52,549 nt of DNA, from IMG/VR virus record IMGVR_UViG_3300037461_000955, positions 1 to 52,549 of that record; one strand, written 5' to 3'. Below, piece by piece: positions 37,049-45,961 of this stretch. This DNA is from a virus. Lineage: Duplodnaviria > Caudoviricetes. Numbering within the stretch: the stretch's first letter is position 1; every line of letters begins with the position of its first letter. Position numbers and translations under genes: made by a program. The notes under the pieces are model-generated. The model saw only the letters and a list, made by a program, of their open reading frames with translations. It was not told where the DNA came from and made no database searches.

Positions 37049-37058
37049 TTAATCTCCT

Positions 37059-37652
37059 TTACTTTATCCTCACCTCTGGCATTATTATCACACCCGGATT
37101 GCAATAGTAATCAACCGGCTTGTGGAATGGTACATAATCACGGAAATTATCCGGCTCTTGCTCTGATGGATTCATATTTTCGGATAGCAACCCGCAGGTT
37201 TGCAGGGTATGTGCTATCCGGTCGGAACAACACCTTGCATCGTTTATCGGTTCTGGCTTATTCTCTGTCCAGGGTAACCAATCGACTACGATGTTATACA
37301 TATACCGCAGACCGTAGAGTGAGTGCAGGTTGGGGTATGGCCTATCGCGGTACTTCTTGATATACGCATCCAGCATTATCTCGGCATCTTCCCGCATAGC
37401 ATCCGGCATAATCACCTTGCGTATATAAACCTTGCCGGGGTATTGGTCCAGCCATTCATTGAAGAACGATAGGCTTGTCCCCTTCTGATTGGCATACTGT
37501 GTAGTCGATTGCCATACCATATTTATATCTTTTTCTTTATCCCTGACAACCATCGCCGTATGGCCTATCAGCTTCCAGAACAAATCTTTATGCTCGCAGC
37601 ACACGATGTCAAAAGTGTTCAGGGTCTTGCGGATAGATTTATAGTTTTTCAT
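37059..37652 (-). CDS. Permuted papain-like NlpC/P60 amidase-family protein
   Basis: IGHTAMVV (His) precedes RCCSDRIA (Cys). Confidence 0.65.
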   Translation of the reverse strand: MKNYKSIRKTLNTFDIVCCEHKDLFWKLIGHTAMVVRDKEKDINMVWQSTTQYANQKGTSLSFFNEWLDQYPGKVYIRKVIMPDAMREDAEIMLDAYIKKYRDRPYPNLHSLYGLRYMYNIVVDWLPWTENKPEPINDARCCSDRIAHTLQTCGLLSENMNPSEQEPDNFRDYVPFHKPVDYYCNPGVIIMPEVRIK

Positions 37653-37655
37653 GCT

Positions 37656-37883
37656 TCACCTCTCAGTACAGTTTTTAGCTATTCGCCTTGCGAAAACACT
37701 ACACCTTCCAGGTGCAGGGTTATTGTCATGCCCACAAAATTGGCAAATCCAATTAGGATTTTCGTATGAATCCAGTGTGTCTATTTTTGTCTTTAGTTTA
37801 ATCTCATTCGACTCTCCTGATTCATAATCTCTACCACACATTTCGCAAATATATATTCCGAATTTCATGGCTTCACCTCTCAT
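37656..37883 (-). CDS. Small zinc-ribbon protein
   Basis: CEMC...CQFC. Confidence 0.5.
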   Translation of the reverse strand: MRGEAMKFGIYICEMCGRDYESGESNEIKLKTKIDTLDSYENPNWICQFCGHDNNPAPGRCSVFARRIAKNCTER

Positions 37884-37903
37884 AATAATCAGCCAGCCCA
37901 GTT
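37880..37903. repeat. 23-bp direct repeat ATAATAATCAGCCAGCCCAGTTA, copy 1 (copy 2 at about 38461-38483)
   Basis: Exact repeat flanking the 181-aa gene. Confidence 0.8.
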
Positions 37904-38447
37904 ACAAGCCCAAATAAACATTAATATCAGGAAAAACGTCTCTTACAATATCTGCACATTTACTCAGTATATCTTTTCGTTCGGCGTCGGTGGCGTAGGT
38001 GGCGGCGGCGTCGGCGTAGGCGGCGTAGGCGGCGGCGTCGGCGGCGGTGGCGTAGGTGGCGGCGACGGTGGCGGCGGCGGCGACGGCGGCGGCGGCGTAG
38101 GTGGCGGCGACGGTGGCGGCGGTGGCGGCGTAGGCGGCGGCATTTAAATCCTCTCTGGAAGCAATTCCTAAACCAAACTGCTCCGCAACATCAACCGCCT
38201 TGCGACTTCGCTCATCTTTCATTAAATGGATAACGAGTTTTGCACATCGCGCCTTTGCGAGCGTTAATTTCCTTAGCATAGCGTCGTCGCTGAGGTCCAA
38301 AACTCTTCGCAATAGCCATAACATCCAATCTCCGCGTTTGCAGTCTGCCCATAACGCCTCTGATGTCTCGTAATTCAAGGCGTCCTTTAATGCTTCCCCG
38401 CAGGCGTCTAATTTTTTGATTCTTTTGATGTAATCATTTATTTTCAT
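37902..38447 (-). CDS. Imm5-like phage protein with low-complexity Ala-rich tract
   Basis: DACGEA...RGDWMLWLL...DERSRKAVDVA followed by (A/T/Y/D/V) repeats. Confidence 0.7.
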   Translation of the reverse strand: MKINDYIKRIKKLDACGEALKDALNYETSEALWADCKRGDWMLWLLRRVLDLSDDAMLRKLTLAKARCAKLVIHLMKDERSRKAVDVAEQFGLGIASREDLNAAAYAATAATVAATYAAAAVAAAATVAATYATAADAAAYAAYADAAATYATDAERKDILSKCADIVRDVFPDINVYLGL

Positions 38448-38581
38448 TTTTCACCTCGTTATAATAATCAGCCAGCCCAGTTATGTGATTAACCAGTGAC
38501 AACGATTGAACTATTGGCTTCGTTGGGTTAGCCGGAACGCCCGGCTGTTGGGCAGGCTGATTTTAATTTCTAATTGTGTTT

Positions 38582-38794
38582 TCATTTTAATTTTCCTACC
38601 CAGGGGTCAGAGTTGATTGTGTTGCAAATCTTTTTAATGCCAGCGATCAACCATATCTTTAAAATCCACGGTCTTTCACGAATCCATCCTATCGTATATG
38701 TTGCATCTGAGAAGAATTGGCATATTTTGTAGATTGGATATACAACAAAGAAAATTAGCCATTTTAATATAATCATAGTTTTAGTCCTCAACAA
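38582..38794 (-). CDS. Hypothetical membrane protein
   Basis: AT-rich hydrophobic ORF abutting the truncated methyltransferase. Confidence 0.4.
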   Translation of the reverse strand: MLRTKTMIILKWLIFFVVYPIYKICQFFSDATYTIGWIRERPWILKIWLIAGIKKICNTINSDPWVGKLK

Positions 38795-39005
38795 ACGCTT
38801 CTTTCAATTTAGGCACTGTAGCCCACATAAACAAACCGCAATCATTGTCTGCAATATCTTTCACAGGTAAAGAACATATATCGCCATTGGACATAGTAGG
38901 ATAAGTAATGCCTCCCATAGCAGGGTCATTACCCTTTGGGTCGTTATACTCCCACGGCGGGTCAGCGTAGATTATTTTGTACTTCTTGTCTGGAAAAGGT
39001 ATCAT
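38781..39005 (-). pseudogene. Truncated MT-A70 family adenine methyltransferase
   Basis: KYKIIYADPPW, YPTMS, LPVKDIA, LFMWAT, then a stop after about 74 aa. Confidence 0.75.
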
Positions 39006-39024
39006 ATGCTCCTCCAAAGCCAGG

Positions 39025-39228
39025 TCATACCAGGTCAATGCGCTGTGTTATTTGGCTGCGTATGTCTTCAAGAGCCTCATCGGCATCTTTGAATTTATGG
39101 CCATATTTCAGGTAGTTTCGCAGGATGTTGTCGACATCCCACAATACGCCGTGATAGTCACGCGCTCTACAAGTAATTTCATACTCTTCTTGTTCTTCAG
39201 GCAACTGAAATTTGAGAATTGCTTCCAT
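39025..39228 (-). CDS. Conserved small phage protein
   Basis: AILKFQLPEEQEEY...LRNYLKY motif. Confidence 0.6.
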   Translation of the reverse strand: MEAILKFQLPEEQEEYEITCRARDYHGVLWDVDNILRNYLKYGHKFKDADEALEDIRSQITQRIDLV

Positions 39229-40090
39229 TTGAGCTCCTTTGCTGTTCTAATTGTGCCTGCCAATATGGGCAGTGGTTTGCGACCAGGCACCAGTTTTCCG
39301 CACACCGGACACATTCACCGGGTCGTGTTTCAATAGTATATGAATTGGGGTCAAGGTTTTTCCCTGCAGCCCAAGCTTGTGCTTCCCACAGAGTTTCTTC
39401 CACTTTCATTGCTCTTTTGGCGCCATGCTTGCGTACTGCAAACGTGGGTTCTTTTTGCCATCTTTCTTCAGGCGTACACTCCGTGGTGCTCCCAAGATGG
39501 ACGCGAATCCGTTCGCGTATGTATTCTTCCGTGTCATCCTTGTTCCATCTTGGAATGTTGATATTGACATTCCGGCTCTGGGGGTAATCTTTGGACTGAA
39601 AAGCGCTGTATCGGCTCCAGTCCTTGATATGGGCAAAGACCTGTATGCGTTCCACCGGCATTCCTTTTGCCTCAAGGAAGTATGCGTACAGGTTTAATTG
39701 CTGTTCAAATTTAAGGAAATCCTTTTTGACATACTTGTAAGACTTGATTTTCTTGTAATCCGCCAGTATTTTTTCATTCGGCTGGTAGAAGTCTGGCGTG
39801 CCTTTAATTGTCACCCCGTTGACTTCAAACTGGAATGGAATTTCGGCATAGGTGTCTTTGGGTGCATGCTGCATGAGGAATTCGTGCCATGCTGTTCCAT
39901 CCAGGGCCTCAATTAGCTGGTCCACGTCTACAGTTGTGCGATCCCAGTGTTCGATTAACAGCCTCTTTATTAAAGGAGAATCTATTAGTTCTGTAACGCG
40001 GAAGATGTTTGGTTGAGGTTTTTGGAGTGTATTGGATGCCGCGAGCATTATGGCCGGCGGGCAGTATTGCAAGCGATTTTTTATAATCAT
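39197..40090 (-). CDS. Cas4-like PD-(D/E)XK exonuclease
   Basis: GTAWH, GTPD...LADYK, QLNLYAY, C-terminal CVRC...WC...CP. Confidence 0.8.
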   Translation of the reverse strand: MIIKNRLQYCPPAIMLAASNTLQKPQPNIFRVTELIDSPLIKRLLIEHWDRTTVDVDQLIEALDGTAWHEFLMQHAPKDTYAEIPFQFEVNGVTIKGTPDFYQPNEKILADYKKIKSYKYVKKDFLKFEQQLNLYAYFLEAKGMPVERIQVFAHIKDWSRYSAFQSKDYPQSRNVNINIPRWNKDDTEEYIRERIRVHLGSTTECTPEERWQKEPTFAVRKHGAKRAMKVEETLWEAQAWAAGKNLDPNSYTIETRPGECVRCAENWCLVANHCPYWQAQLEQQRSSNGSNSQISVA

Positions 40091-40256
40091 AGTTATCCTT
40101 TTCTGGCAACGTCTTCGTCCAGCATCAGTAAGACAAGGGCGCCGAGGAAAAACAGACTTGATGCCGGCATTATTACTGCCACTCCAGCACCACCAACTAT
40201 CAAGTACATGGCCATACTTCTACGGAATTCATCGGTAAACAGCATAATATCAACTC

Positions 40257-41522
40257 CTATTGTTCTACAAAAGTGGTATATTGCGGTACAAAGTGCATTT
40301 TACAGACGGGACGCTCCCCTCTGCGGTTTTTCCCCACAATGATTTCGCATTCCGATGTGTCGGTGTTTGTGGATAATCCAGGTCTGTGGATCAGCAAAAT
40401 TATATCGGCGTCTTGTTCTACAGAACCTGAATCCCTCAAATCACTTATCCGCGGTCTGCCATCTTCTCTTTTGTCGCATTCCCTGTTTAATTGTGCTGCC
40501 GTGATAATCGGCATCTGCAGTTCCAGAGCCATCGACTTGATTGTTTTGGAGATTTCTGTGGCCTTTTCATACAGGCTGTTGAAATTGTCGGTTTGCATTA
40601 ACTGCAGATAGTCAATGAAACAAACCTGTATTCCGTACCTGTTTTTCAACTGCATTAACTTGAAACGGAGATATTGCGGGGACAGAAAGGAATGGTCGTC
40701 AATGTACAGTTTCGACTCCTTAATCCATCGCCTGGCCATCTCCAGCGAGGCTTTATGCTCCCCTGTCAACCGGCCATGTATGGCTTCACGGAAGTTTATC
40801 TTGGCTTTAGAGCACAATAGACGTTGCGTGTACTGGCTTGTGGTCATTTCCAGTGAAAACAGGGCAATTGGTATTCCAGCGCCTGACATGTTTGACGCGA
40901 TGTTCAGCAATAGGCAGGATTTGCCTGACTGGGGTCTTCCGGCTACTACGATCATATCGCCGGCGCCGGCACCATATATGGCGTCGTCGATGGATGGAAA
41001 TCCTGTTGGGATATAGCGACCCAGGCTGAATTCTATGGAATCTACTATATCGGATATACATACCACGCCAGAATCTTTGCAGGAATTGATTGCGCGGACA
41101 ATGTCCTGTTCTGTCTGGGCTATGATTTCCCTGCCTGGTATGTTTTTTGCCAGCTTGCTTTGCATGGTCTGGCATATCTTGGCCGCCATACGGTCTTCAT
41201 GCCTGTGGCTGCAGATTTCAAGGTAGTTCTCTATGTCTTGTGGAGATTTGGTGTCCTGGGTAATCCTGGCCAGATTAACGGCGCCCCCAGAACCTTCAAG
41301 GGCATTCTGTTCAGCCAGTTTATTGCGGAGGATTACCAGGTTGACTTTTCCGCACTGAGAAAGGCATTCTTTGATTCCGCGAAAGATATTTATGCGGTCT
41401 GTGGAAGTGAAAAGCTCTTCGTGGATTTTGGGCATCAGAGCAACTGCTTTGTCGGGCTCCAGTATCATGGAACCTAACAGCATTTCCTCGGCTTCTACGG
41501 CTATTTTATCCTGCTCTCTCAC
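40257..41522 (-). CDS. dnaB: Replicative DNA helicase
   Basis: AGRPQSGKS, FSLEM, IDYLQL, AQLNR, DLRDSGSVEQDAD, KNRRG. Confidence 0.95.
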   Translation of the reverse strand: MREQDKIAVEAEEMLLGSMILEPDKAVALMPKIHEELFTSTDRINIFRGIKECLSQCGKVNLVILRNKLAEQNALEGSGGAVNLARITQDTKSPQDIENYLEICSHRHEDRMAAKICQTMQSKLAKNIPGREIIAQTEQDIVRAINSCKDSGVVCISDIVDSIEFSLGRYIPTGFPSIDDAIYGAGAGDMIVVAGRPQSGKSCLLLNIASNMSGAGIPIALFSLEMTTSQYTQRLLCSKAKINFREAIHGRLTGEHKASLEMARRWIKESKLYIDDHSFLSPQYLRFKLMQLKNRYGIQVCFIDYLQLMQTDNFNSLYEKATEISKTIKSMALELQMPIITAAQLNRECDKREDGRPRISDLRDSGSVEQDADIILLIHRPGLSTNTDTSECEIIVGKNRRGERPVCKMHFVPQYTTFVEQ

Positions 41523-41967
41523 GCGAAACCTCCCTCATTCTTTGGATAGATTTTTGGTGAGCGCGGAGAACTGATGAGAAATGCTTGTCCAGAAGTTCCG
41601 CAATGTGGTTATAGGTCATGTTTTCCCAATAAAACATTCTATTGATGGTGCGGTGATATTCCTTGATTTTATTCAAAAGGAACTCCACTTCATCCTTGAT
41701 ATCTGAAAAATAGAAGTGACTGTGCAATACTTCAGGTTTGGGACTGACATTTGCCTTGAAGTCCGTCCAAGCCTTTTCTTTGCGCAGGAAATCTATGATT
41801 CGGCTGGCTGCGAATGAGCGCAATACATCTTGACAGTCAATGCTGTAAAGTCTGGGGTGGCTGTATACTTCAGAGGCCAGTTCTTCCGCTTCATATTGCG
41901 GAAATTGTCTGCTGTAATACTCCGCCACCGATTTTATGATAAGATAAACCGTAGATTGTTCCATCAT
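41506..41967 (-). CDS. Sigma-70 (ECF-like) family protein
   Basis: EAEELASE (region 2), RIIDFLRK, C-terminal HTH MTYNHIAELL. Confidence 0.65.
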   Translation of the reverse strand: MMEQSTVYLIIKSVAEYYSRQFPQYEAEELASEVYSHPRLYSIDCQDVLRSFAASRIIDFLRKEKAWTDFKANVSPKPEVLHSHFYFSDIKDEVEFLLNKIKEYHRTINRMFYWENMTYNHIAELLDKHFSSVLRAHQKSIQRMREVSRERAG

Positions 41968-41981
41968 CTCTCCGTGTAAAG

Positions 41982-42839
41982 TTAATCATTAGAAAGCCAG
42001 GTTGTACCGGCTTGTTCTAAGGCTTGAAAATCCCCCAGTGTCTTACCGCTTTTCAGGAAGTCTCTCGCGTCTTTGTACGGTTTTGGCATTAAGATACCTA
42101 CTTTGTTGATTTTTTGCAAGAGATTCCGTGCTAATTCTAACGAGCCGAACATCCCTGGGGCATGAATTCCTCCGTTTTCCATGATTTCGATCGGGTCGTT
42201 GTCTGCTACCAGGATTACGCGGCATTCCGCAGGTATATAGTCTATGGTCATCTGCACGCACGAGGTGGCGTTTGGACGGCCTATCGCAGACAACCCAAGG
42301 TCTAAAAGGGCTCCGCAATCGGTAGGGCCTTCGCAAATATACAGGGTATTGTTTATTAGTGGCCGTATTCCGTCTGGAATAAACAAACCCTGCTGGCTTC
42401 CTGTTACTGAAAACTTCTGTCCCTGTTTGTTTCTAAGCCGTATACCCACAATCAGGTCGTTGGCATTGCGCATTGGAAACGAATAGCATTGATTGTTGTC
42501 GTGCCCCACTCCAAGGCGAATTAGTGATTCCTGGCTGATAGACAGGTCATTGGAAAGCCATTGAAGGCGTTTGCTGGTGAGGTTGTTCCTGTATTTGAAT
42601 GCCAGCCAGTTCATTTCCGCGTTTTTGGTTTTTGCTGGCTTTCTGCGCATTACTGGTAACTCAGGGATGAGTTTCCCGCTTCCGTGGACATACCCCAGCA
42701 AATCTCCGCTCTGTGAATGCAATGGTATGCGCGAAGATACTTTGGTGCACAGGGTGTCTCCGTTAGGCAAAACACAGCACCATTTTGTTCTGCCGCAGAT
42801 TTTACATGGATTGGCTTTTGTTGTTCTGATCCATCGCAT
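41982..42839 (-). CDS. DNA primase (Zn finger plus TOPRIM)
   Basis: CKICGRTKWC, ICEGPTD, LVADND, KDARD. Confidence 0.85.
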   Translation of the reverse strand: MRWIRTTKANPCKICGRTKWCCVLPNGDTLCTKVSSRIPLHSQSGDLLGYVHGSGKLIPELPVMRRKPAKTKNAEMNWLAFKYRNNLTSKRLQWLSNDLSISQESLIRLGVGHDNNQCYSFPMRNANDLIVGIRLRNKQGQKFSVTGSQQGLFIPDGIRPLINNTLYICEGPTDCGALLDLGLSAIGRPNATSCVQMTIDYIPAECRVILVADNDPIEIMENGGIHAPGMFGSLELARNLLQKINKVGILMPKPYKDARDFLKSGKTLGDFQALEQAGTTWLSND

Positions 42840-42943
42840 CTGGTTCTCCGTCCGAATATGGTATCTCTGGTGTAAATCTGGTGTAATCGCCTTTAACAAT
42901 TATGCAGATTGGGTAAAATTTTTGTTAATTTAGATAAAAAAAC

Positions 42944-42972
42944 TTGACAAATTGTAGCGTTTGTAGTATATA
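42944..42972 (+). promoter_or_regulatory. Sigma-70-type promoter facing attP/integrase
   Basis: TTGACA-N17-TATATA. Confidence 0.6.
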
Positions 42973-43001
42973 TAGCACCATGAAACGTGTGGATTGCAAA
43001 T

Positions 43002-43042
43002 CTTCCAAGCTGGTCATGTGGGTTCGATTCCCATCGCCCGCT
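43002..43042 (+). other. attP core: 3' fragment of tRNA-Gly(TCC)
   Basis: CTTCCAA-GCTGG-TCAT-GTGGG-TTCGATT-CCCAT-CGCCCGC-T, starting at the anticodon loop; flanked by TGGTGTAA pairs; about 115 bp upstream of the integrase. Confidence 0.85.
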
Positions 43043-43155
43043 ATGTGTGGTATGTTCTTGTTTACACTGGATTTATGCCCGGTATTTGATGTAATATCGA
43101 GATGGTAAGATAGGCAATCTGGTGTAAATTTTGGTGTAATTTTTGGAGACATGTC

Positions 43156-44148
43156 ATGGCTTCGCTTGTACGTGCTGGTAAAAAATGGAAAGTATATTGG
43201 TGTCATAAATTGCAAAGAAGTTCAAGGACGTTTGACAGCAAAACACTTGCCTGTGAATTTATGGCTCAGGAAGAGTATAAGAAAACCAGAAAGGCACACA
43301 CTATATTATACGAGCCAGAGAGTGCTAAATATGCAATATATTTGTCAAGATTTTCAAAAAATACACAAAAATTATACCGGAGTGTGCATGGTGGGTTTTT
43401 TAAGCAACTGCCCGTTCCGGTCAACATGATTTCCAAAGAGCTTGTTCGGTCCTGGATTACCAGACAAACGGTGTCTAATCGAACCATTAACTCAAGATTG
43501 ACAGCCATACTGTCCTATTTCAAATGGGCTGCGGGTGAATTTGGGTTTTGTAATCCAATTCAAGGAATGTCTCTGCTTCGCGAAAGACCGCCTGTTGACC
43601 GGTACTTGTCACTGGAGCAGTTCAGGTCAATCCTGCTGGCTGGAAATGAGATGTTCAGGCAGAGAGCCTTGTTTTTGGCCAATACAGGCTTAAGGGCTTC
43701 CGAATTTTGCAATTTACGGTGGCGGCCCTGCAATACAGACGATGAAAACTATGGTTGGGTGGTTCTGGAGCAGAATCACCTTCAGATAATCGGAAAAGGC
43801 CTTAAGCGTCGCATAGTACCCTTAAACGCTGTTGCTTTAGAGATACTTAAGGCCCTTTTGGGGAAAAGGACTTCAATGTCCCCTCCAAGTGAATTTGTAT
43901 TCCTTTCCAGTGACGGTAAACGGCTGACCAGGTTTGCCCTGAGACAGCAGTTTGCCAAGGTGGCGGAAAAGTCTGGTATCGCCTGCTGTGCTCATGCCAT
44001 GAGGCATCTGTTTACACATCAAGCAGCCGCTTCTGGCCTTCCTTTGGCGTCCATTGCACGAATGCTGGGGCATTCATCCTCCCTGTTGACTGAAAAGGTA
44101 TACAGCCACACAGACCGTTTAAGCGTAGTTCCTGTGGAAATTTTATAG
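43156..44148 (+). CDS. int: Tyrosine integrase
   Basis: TGLRASE (R), GKG (K), HAMRH, LGHSS, VYSH (Y). Confidence 0.93.
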   Translation: MASLVRAGKKWKVYWCHKLQRSSRTFDSKTLACEFMAQEEYKKTRKAHTILYEPESAKYAIYLSRFSKNTQKLYRSVHGGFFKQLPVPVNMISKELVRSWITRQTVSNRTINSRLTAILSYFKWAAGEFGFCNPIQGMSLLRERPPVDRYLSLEQFRSILLAGNEMFRQRALFLANTGLRASEFCNLRWRPCNTDDENYGWVVLEQNHLQIIGKGLKRRIVPLNAVALEILKALLGKRTSMSPPSEFVFLSSDGKRLTRFALRQQFAKVAEKSGIACCAHAMRHLFTHQAAASGLPLASIARMLGHSSSLLTEKVYSHTDRLSVVPVEIL

Positions 44149-44149
44149 A

Positions 44150-44178
44150 AAGGTGGCCAGTGTGTGGCCGGCCACCTC
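44150..44178. terminator. Hairpin between convergent genes
   Basis: AGGTGGCC...GGCCACCT. Confidence 0.5.
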
Positions 44179-44184
44179 CTCACT

Positions 44185-44472
44185 TCACCTCTCCGAAGCG
44201 CTTAAACGGGTCTTGTCTATGGACTTCATAATTTCATGGGTTTTGTCAATCAATGTCAGCTTGGGTTTCGGGTTGCGGAGGGATTTCCAATACCGTACCG
44301 CTGCCTGCCAATTTTTCATTCGCAAGCCCTTTTTAATCTCCCATCCGCGCATTTCATAGTAATTACAGAAATACTCCCCGTCCAAATCCAGCCCTATTTC
44401 TTTTGCGTAGGACGTTACTTCTGATGGACTGGGCGGTTTCATTGGGCTTTGTCGTTTCATGTTTGTCTCCAT
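44185..44472 (-). CDS. Phage replication-initiator C-terminal-like small protein
   Basis: PPSPSEV...FCNYYEMRGW...MKNWQAAVRYW. Confidence 0.6.
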   Translation of the reverse strand: METNMKRQSPMKPPSPSEVTSYAKEIGLDLDGEYFCNYYEMRGWEIKKGLRMKNWQAAVRYWKSLRNPKPKLTLIDKTHEIMKSIDKTRLSASER

Positions 44473-44474
44473 TA

Positions 44475-45062
44475 TCAGGCTATGTTTTTAAGCCAATAAT
44501 CCTCATAGTTTTCCCTGTTTTTAAGAACAGCTTCTCTTGTTTTTGTGAGTGCTTTATTGAAACGGTAAAATGCGGTGGACCTACTGGTTCCGTATTTTTT
44601 GCCGATGGCTTTGAATGTCCACTCGTATACGGTATAAAGCATAAGTATGTCCAATTCCCTGCCTGTTAATTGTGCATCGTGGAGAACCTGTTCCCAGGTC
44701 TCCTTGGCTAAACATTGGTTTAACCATTTTGACAGGCCTGTTTCGTCGATTCGTGTGTCATCCACTGCATCGTGACCATTTGCGTAAAAGCCGTGTTTTT
44801 TGGCTACATACCTTTTACGCATAAAATCACGGCATGAATTGTGCAGGCGTGCATAAATATAACCTCTTGTACCCTTCTGCGGGTTATATTTTTTCATGAG
44901 CCTGCAAATGGAGTAATACAGGTCAGACAGTAATTCCTGGCGGTCTGAATAACACAGCCTGTATCCGGCGTGCTTCATGGCGTGGTAAGCCATAGGCATG
45001 AATTGTTCGGCTTCATTTCGTTGTTGGTCTGTAAGCCTGAATTGGATTTCTTTTCTTCCCAT
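44475..45062 (-). CDS. Sigma-70 family RNA polymerase sigma factor
   Basis: DRQELLSD...KYNPQKG...CRDFMRK (region 2); LTGRELDIL...TFKAIGKKYGTSR (region 4). Confidence 0.75.
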   Translation of the reverse strand: MGRKEIQFRLTDQQRNEAEQFMPMAYHAMKHAGYRLCYSDRQELLSDLYYSICRLMKKYNPQKGTRGYIYARLHNSCRDFMRKRYVAKKHGFYANGHDAVDDTRIDETGLSKWLNQCLAKETWEQVLHDAQLTGRELDILMLYTVYEWTFKAIGKKYGTSRSTAFYRFNKALTKTREAVLKNRENYEDYWLKNIA

Positions 45063-45071
45063 AGAACCTTT

Positions 45072-45746
45072 CTATGCGAAGGTATCCAGGGCGTATGCCG
45101 GTATATTCAGGACAAAATCGCATGTTTTGTGGGTTTTCAGTGTACGCATCCAGCGCGTTACCATTGCCACCATAAATCCCGCCTCAATGTTGGCACAATA
45201 GATGGTAGAACGTGCGGTGCATGGGGCTGCATAGGCTTCTTCCTGTGAAAAAAGCGTGGTAGGGTAATATTCCTTGTTTTGTGAAACCGCAATAATGCGG
45301 CATGATTCAGCCCCCATTCTGCCGTCTACGAATAATATACAGACATCTTTGAAGGTTTCGAACAGCTCCTGTCTTCCCTTGATGGAGTCTATACAGGAAA
45401 GCACAACATCTGGTGTCTTGATATTGCGTTTTTCAGCATTCCAAACCTGCTGGTTAATCATGCAGGGCCTGGCCGTAACCTTGGCCTGGCTGTTCATGCT
45501 GGAAATCATGTCCTTCACCACATTGACCTTGTGTTTACCAATGTCCTGTTCAAGCCAGCCTTGCGATGCCAGATTGCCCTCTTCAATGGTGTCATGGTCA
45601 TACATGGTGATATTTTCTGCTCCTGCTGCCGCCAGTTGTATTGCCACCTGTTTTCCTACTGCGCCCACTCCGGCCACCAGAAAGTCCAGGTTGGCCATGA
45701 AAAGCGGGTTTATAATGGAGGATTGTCTTGAATATCTCGCGTCCAT
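45072..45746 (-). CDS. ThiF/MoeB/E1-like adenylyltransferase
   Basis: RYSRQ, GVGAVG, DHDTIEEGNLASQ, DIGKHKV, DGRMGAE and candidate catalytic Cys in PCTAR. Confidence 0.9.
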   Translation of the reverse strand: MDARYSRQSSIINPLFMANLDFLVAGVGAVGKQVAIQLAAAGAENITMYDHDTIEEGNLASQGWLEQDIGKHKVNVVKDMISSMNSQAKVTARPCMINQQVWNAEKRNIKTPDVVLSCIDSIKGRQELFETFKDVCILFVDGRMGAESCRIIAVSQNKEYYPTTLFSQEEAYAAPCTARSTIYCANIEAGFMVAMVTRWMRTLKTHKTCDFVLNIPAYALDTFA

Positions 45747-45961
45747 ACTGTCCCTTTCAGGTGTATAGTTATGGGTGTTTGTTTGAGGGGACAATCTGTA
45801 AATAATTTGCCCCATGCAGGGTCTGTGTGCTTGAAGGTCTTTAGGCTGTGTTCGTGTCCGTTACTATAAGGATGAAGACACTTAGCGCCATTAGCGCCAT
45901 CTATTTCCCCGTCAGCATAGGCAAATGGACAGTCGTGGCAATTTTCGGTTTCCCATCTCAT
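45710..45961 (-). CDS. Small Cys-rich phage protein inside the Ubl cassette
   Basis: NCHDCPF...CLHP...DCPLK; start overlaps the JAB stop. Confidence 0.5.
   Translation of the reverse strand: MRWETENCHDCPFAYADGEIDGANGAKCLHPYSNGHEHSLKTFKHTDPAWGKLFTDCPLKQTPITIHLKGTVWTRDIQDNPPL

Noticed and set aside
39197-40090. CRISPR-Cas locus
   Set aside because: Stand-alone Cas4-like nuclease in the replication module; no repeat-spacer array or other cas genes.
30454-43042. Functional phage tRNA genes (Asp, Gly)
   Set aside because: Both lack the 5' acceptor strand and D arm; no complementary 5' halves were noticed.
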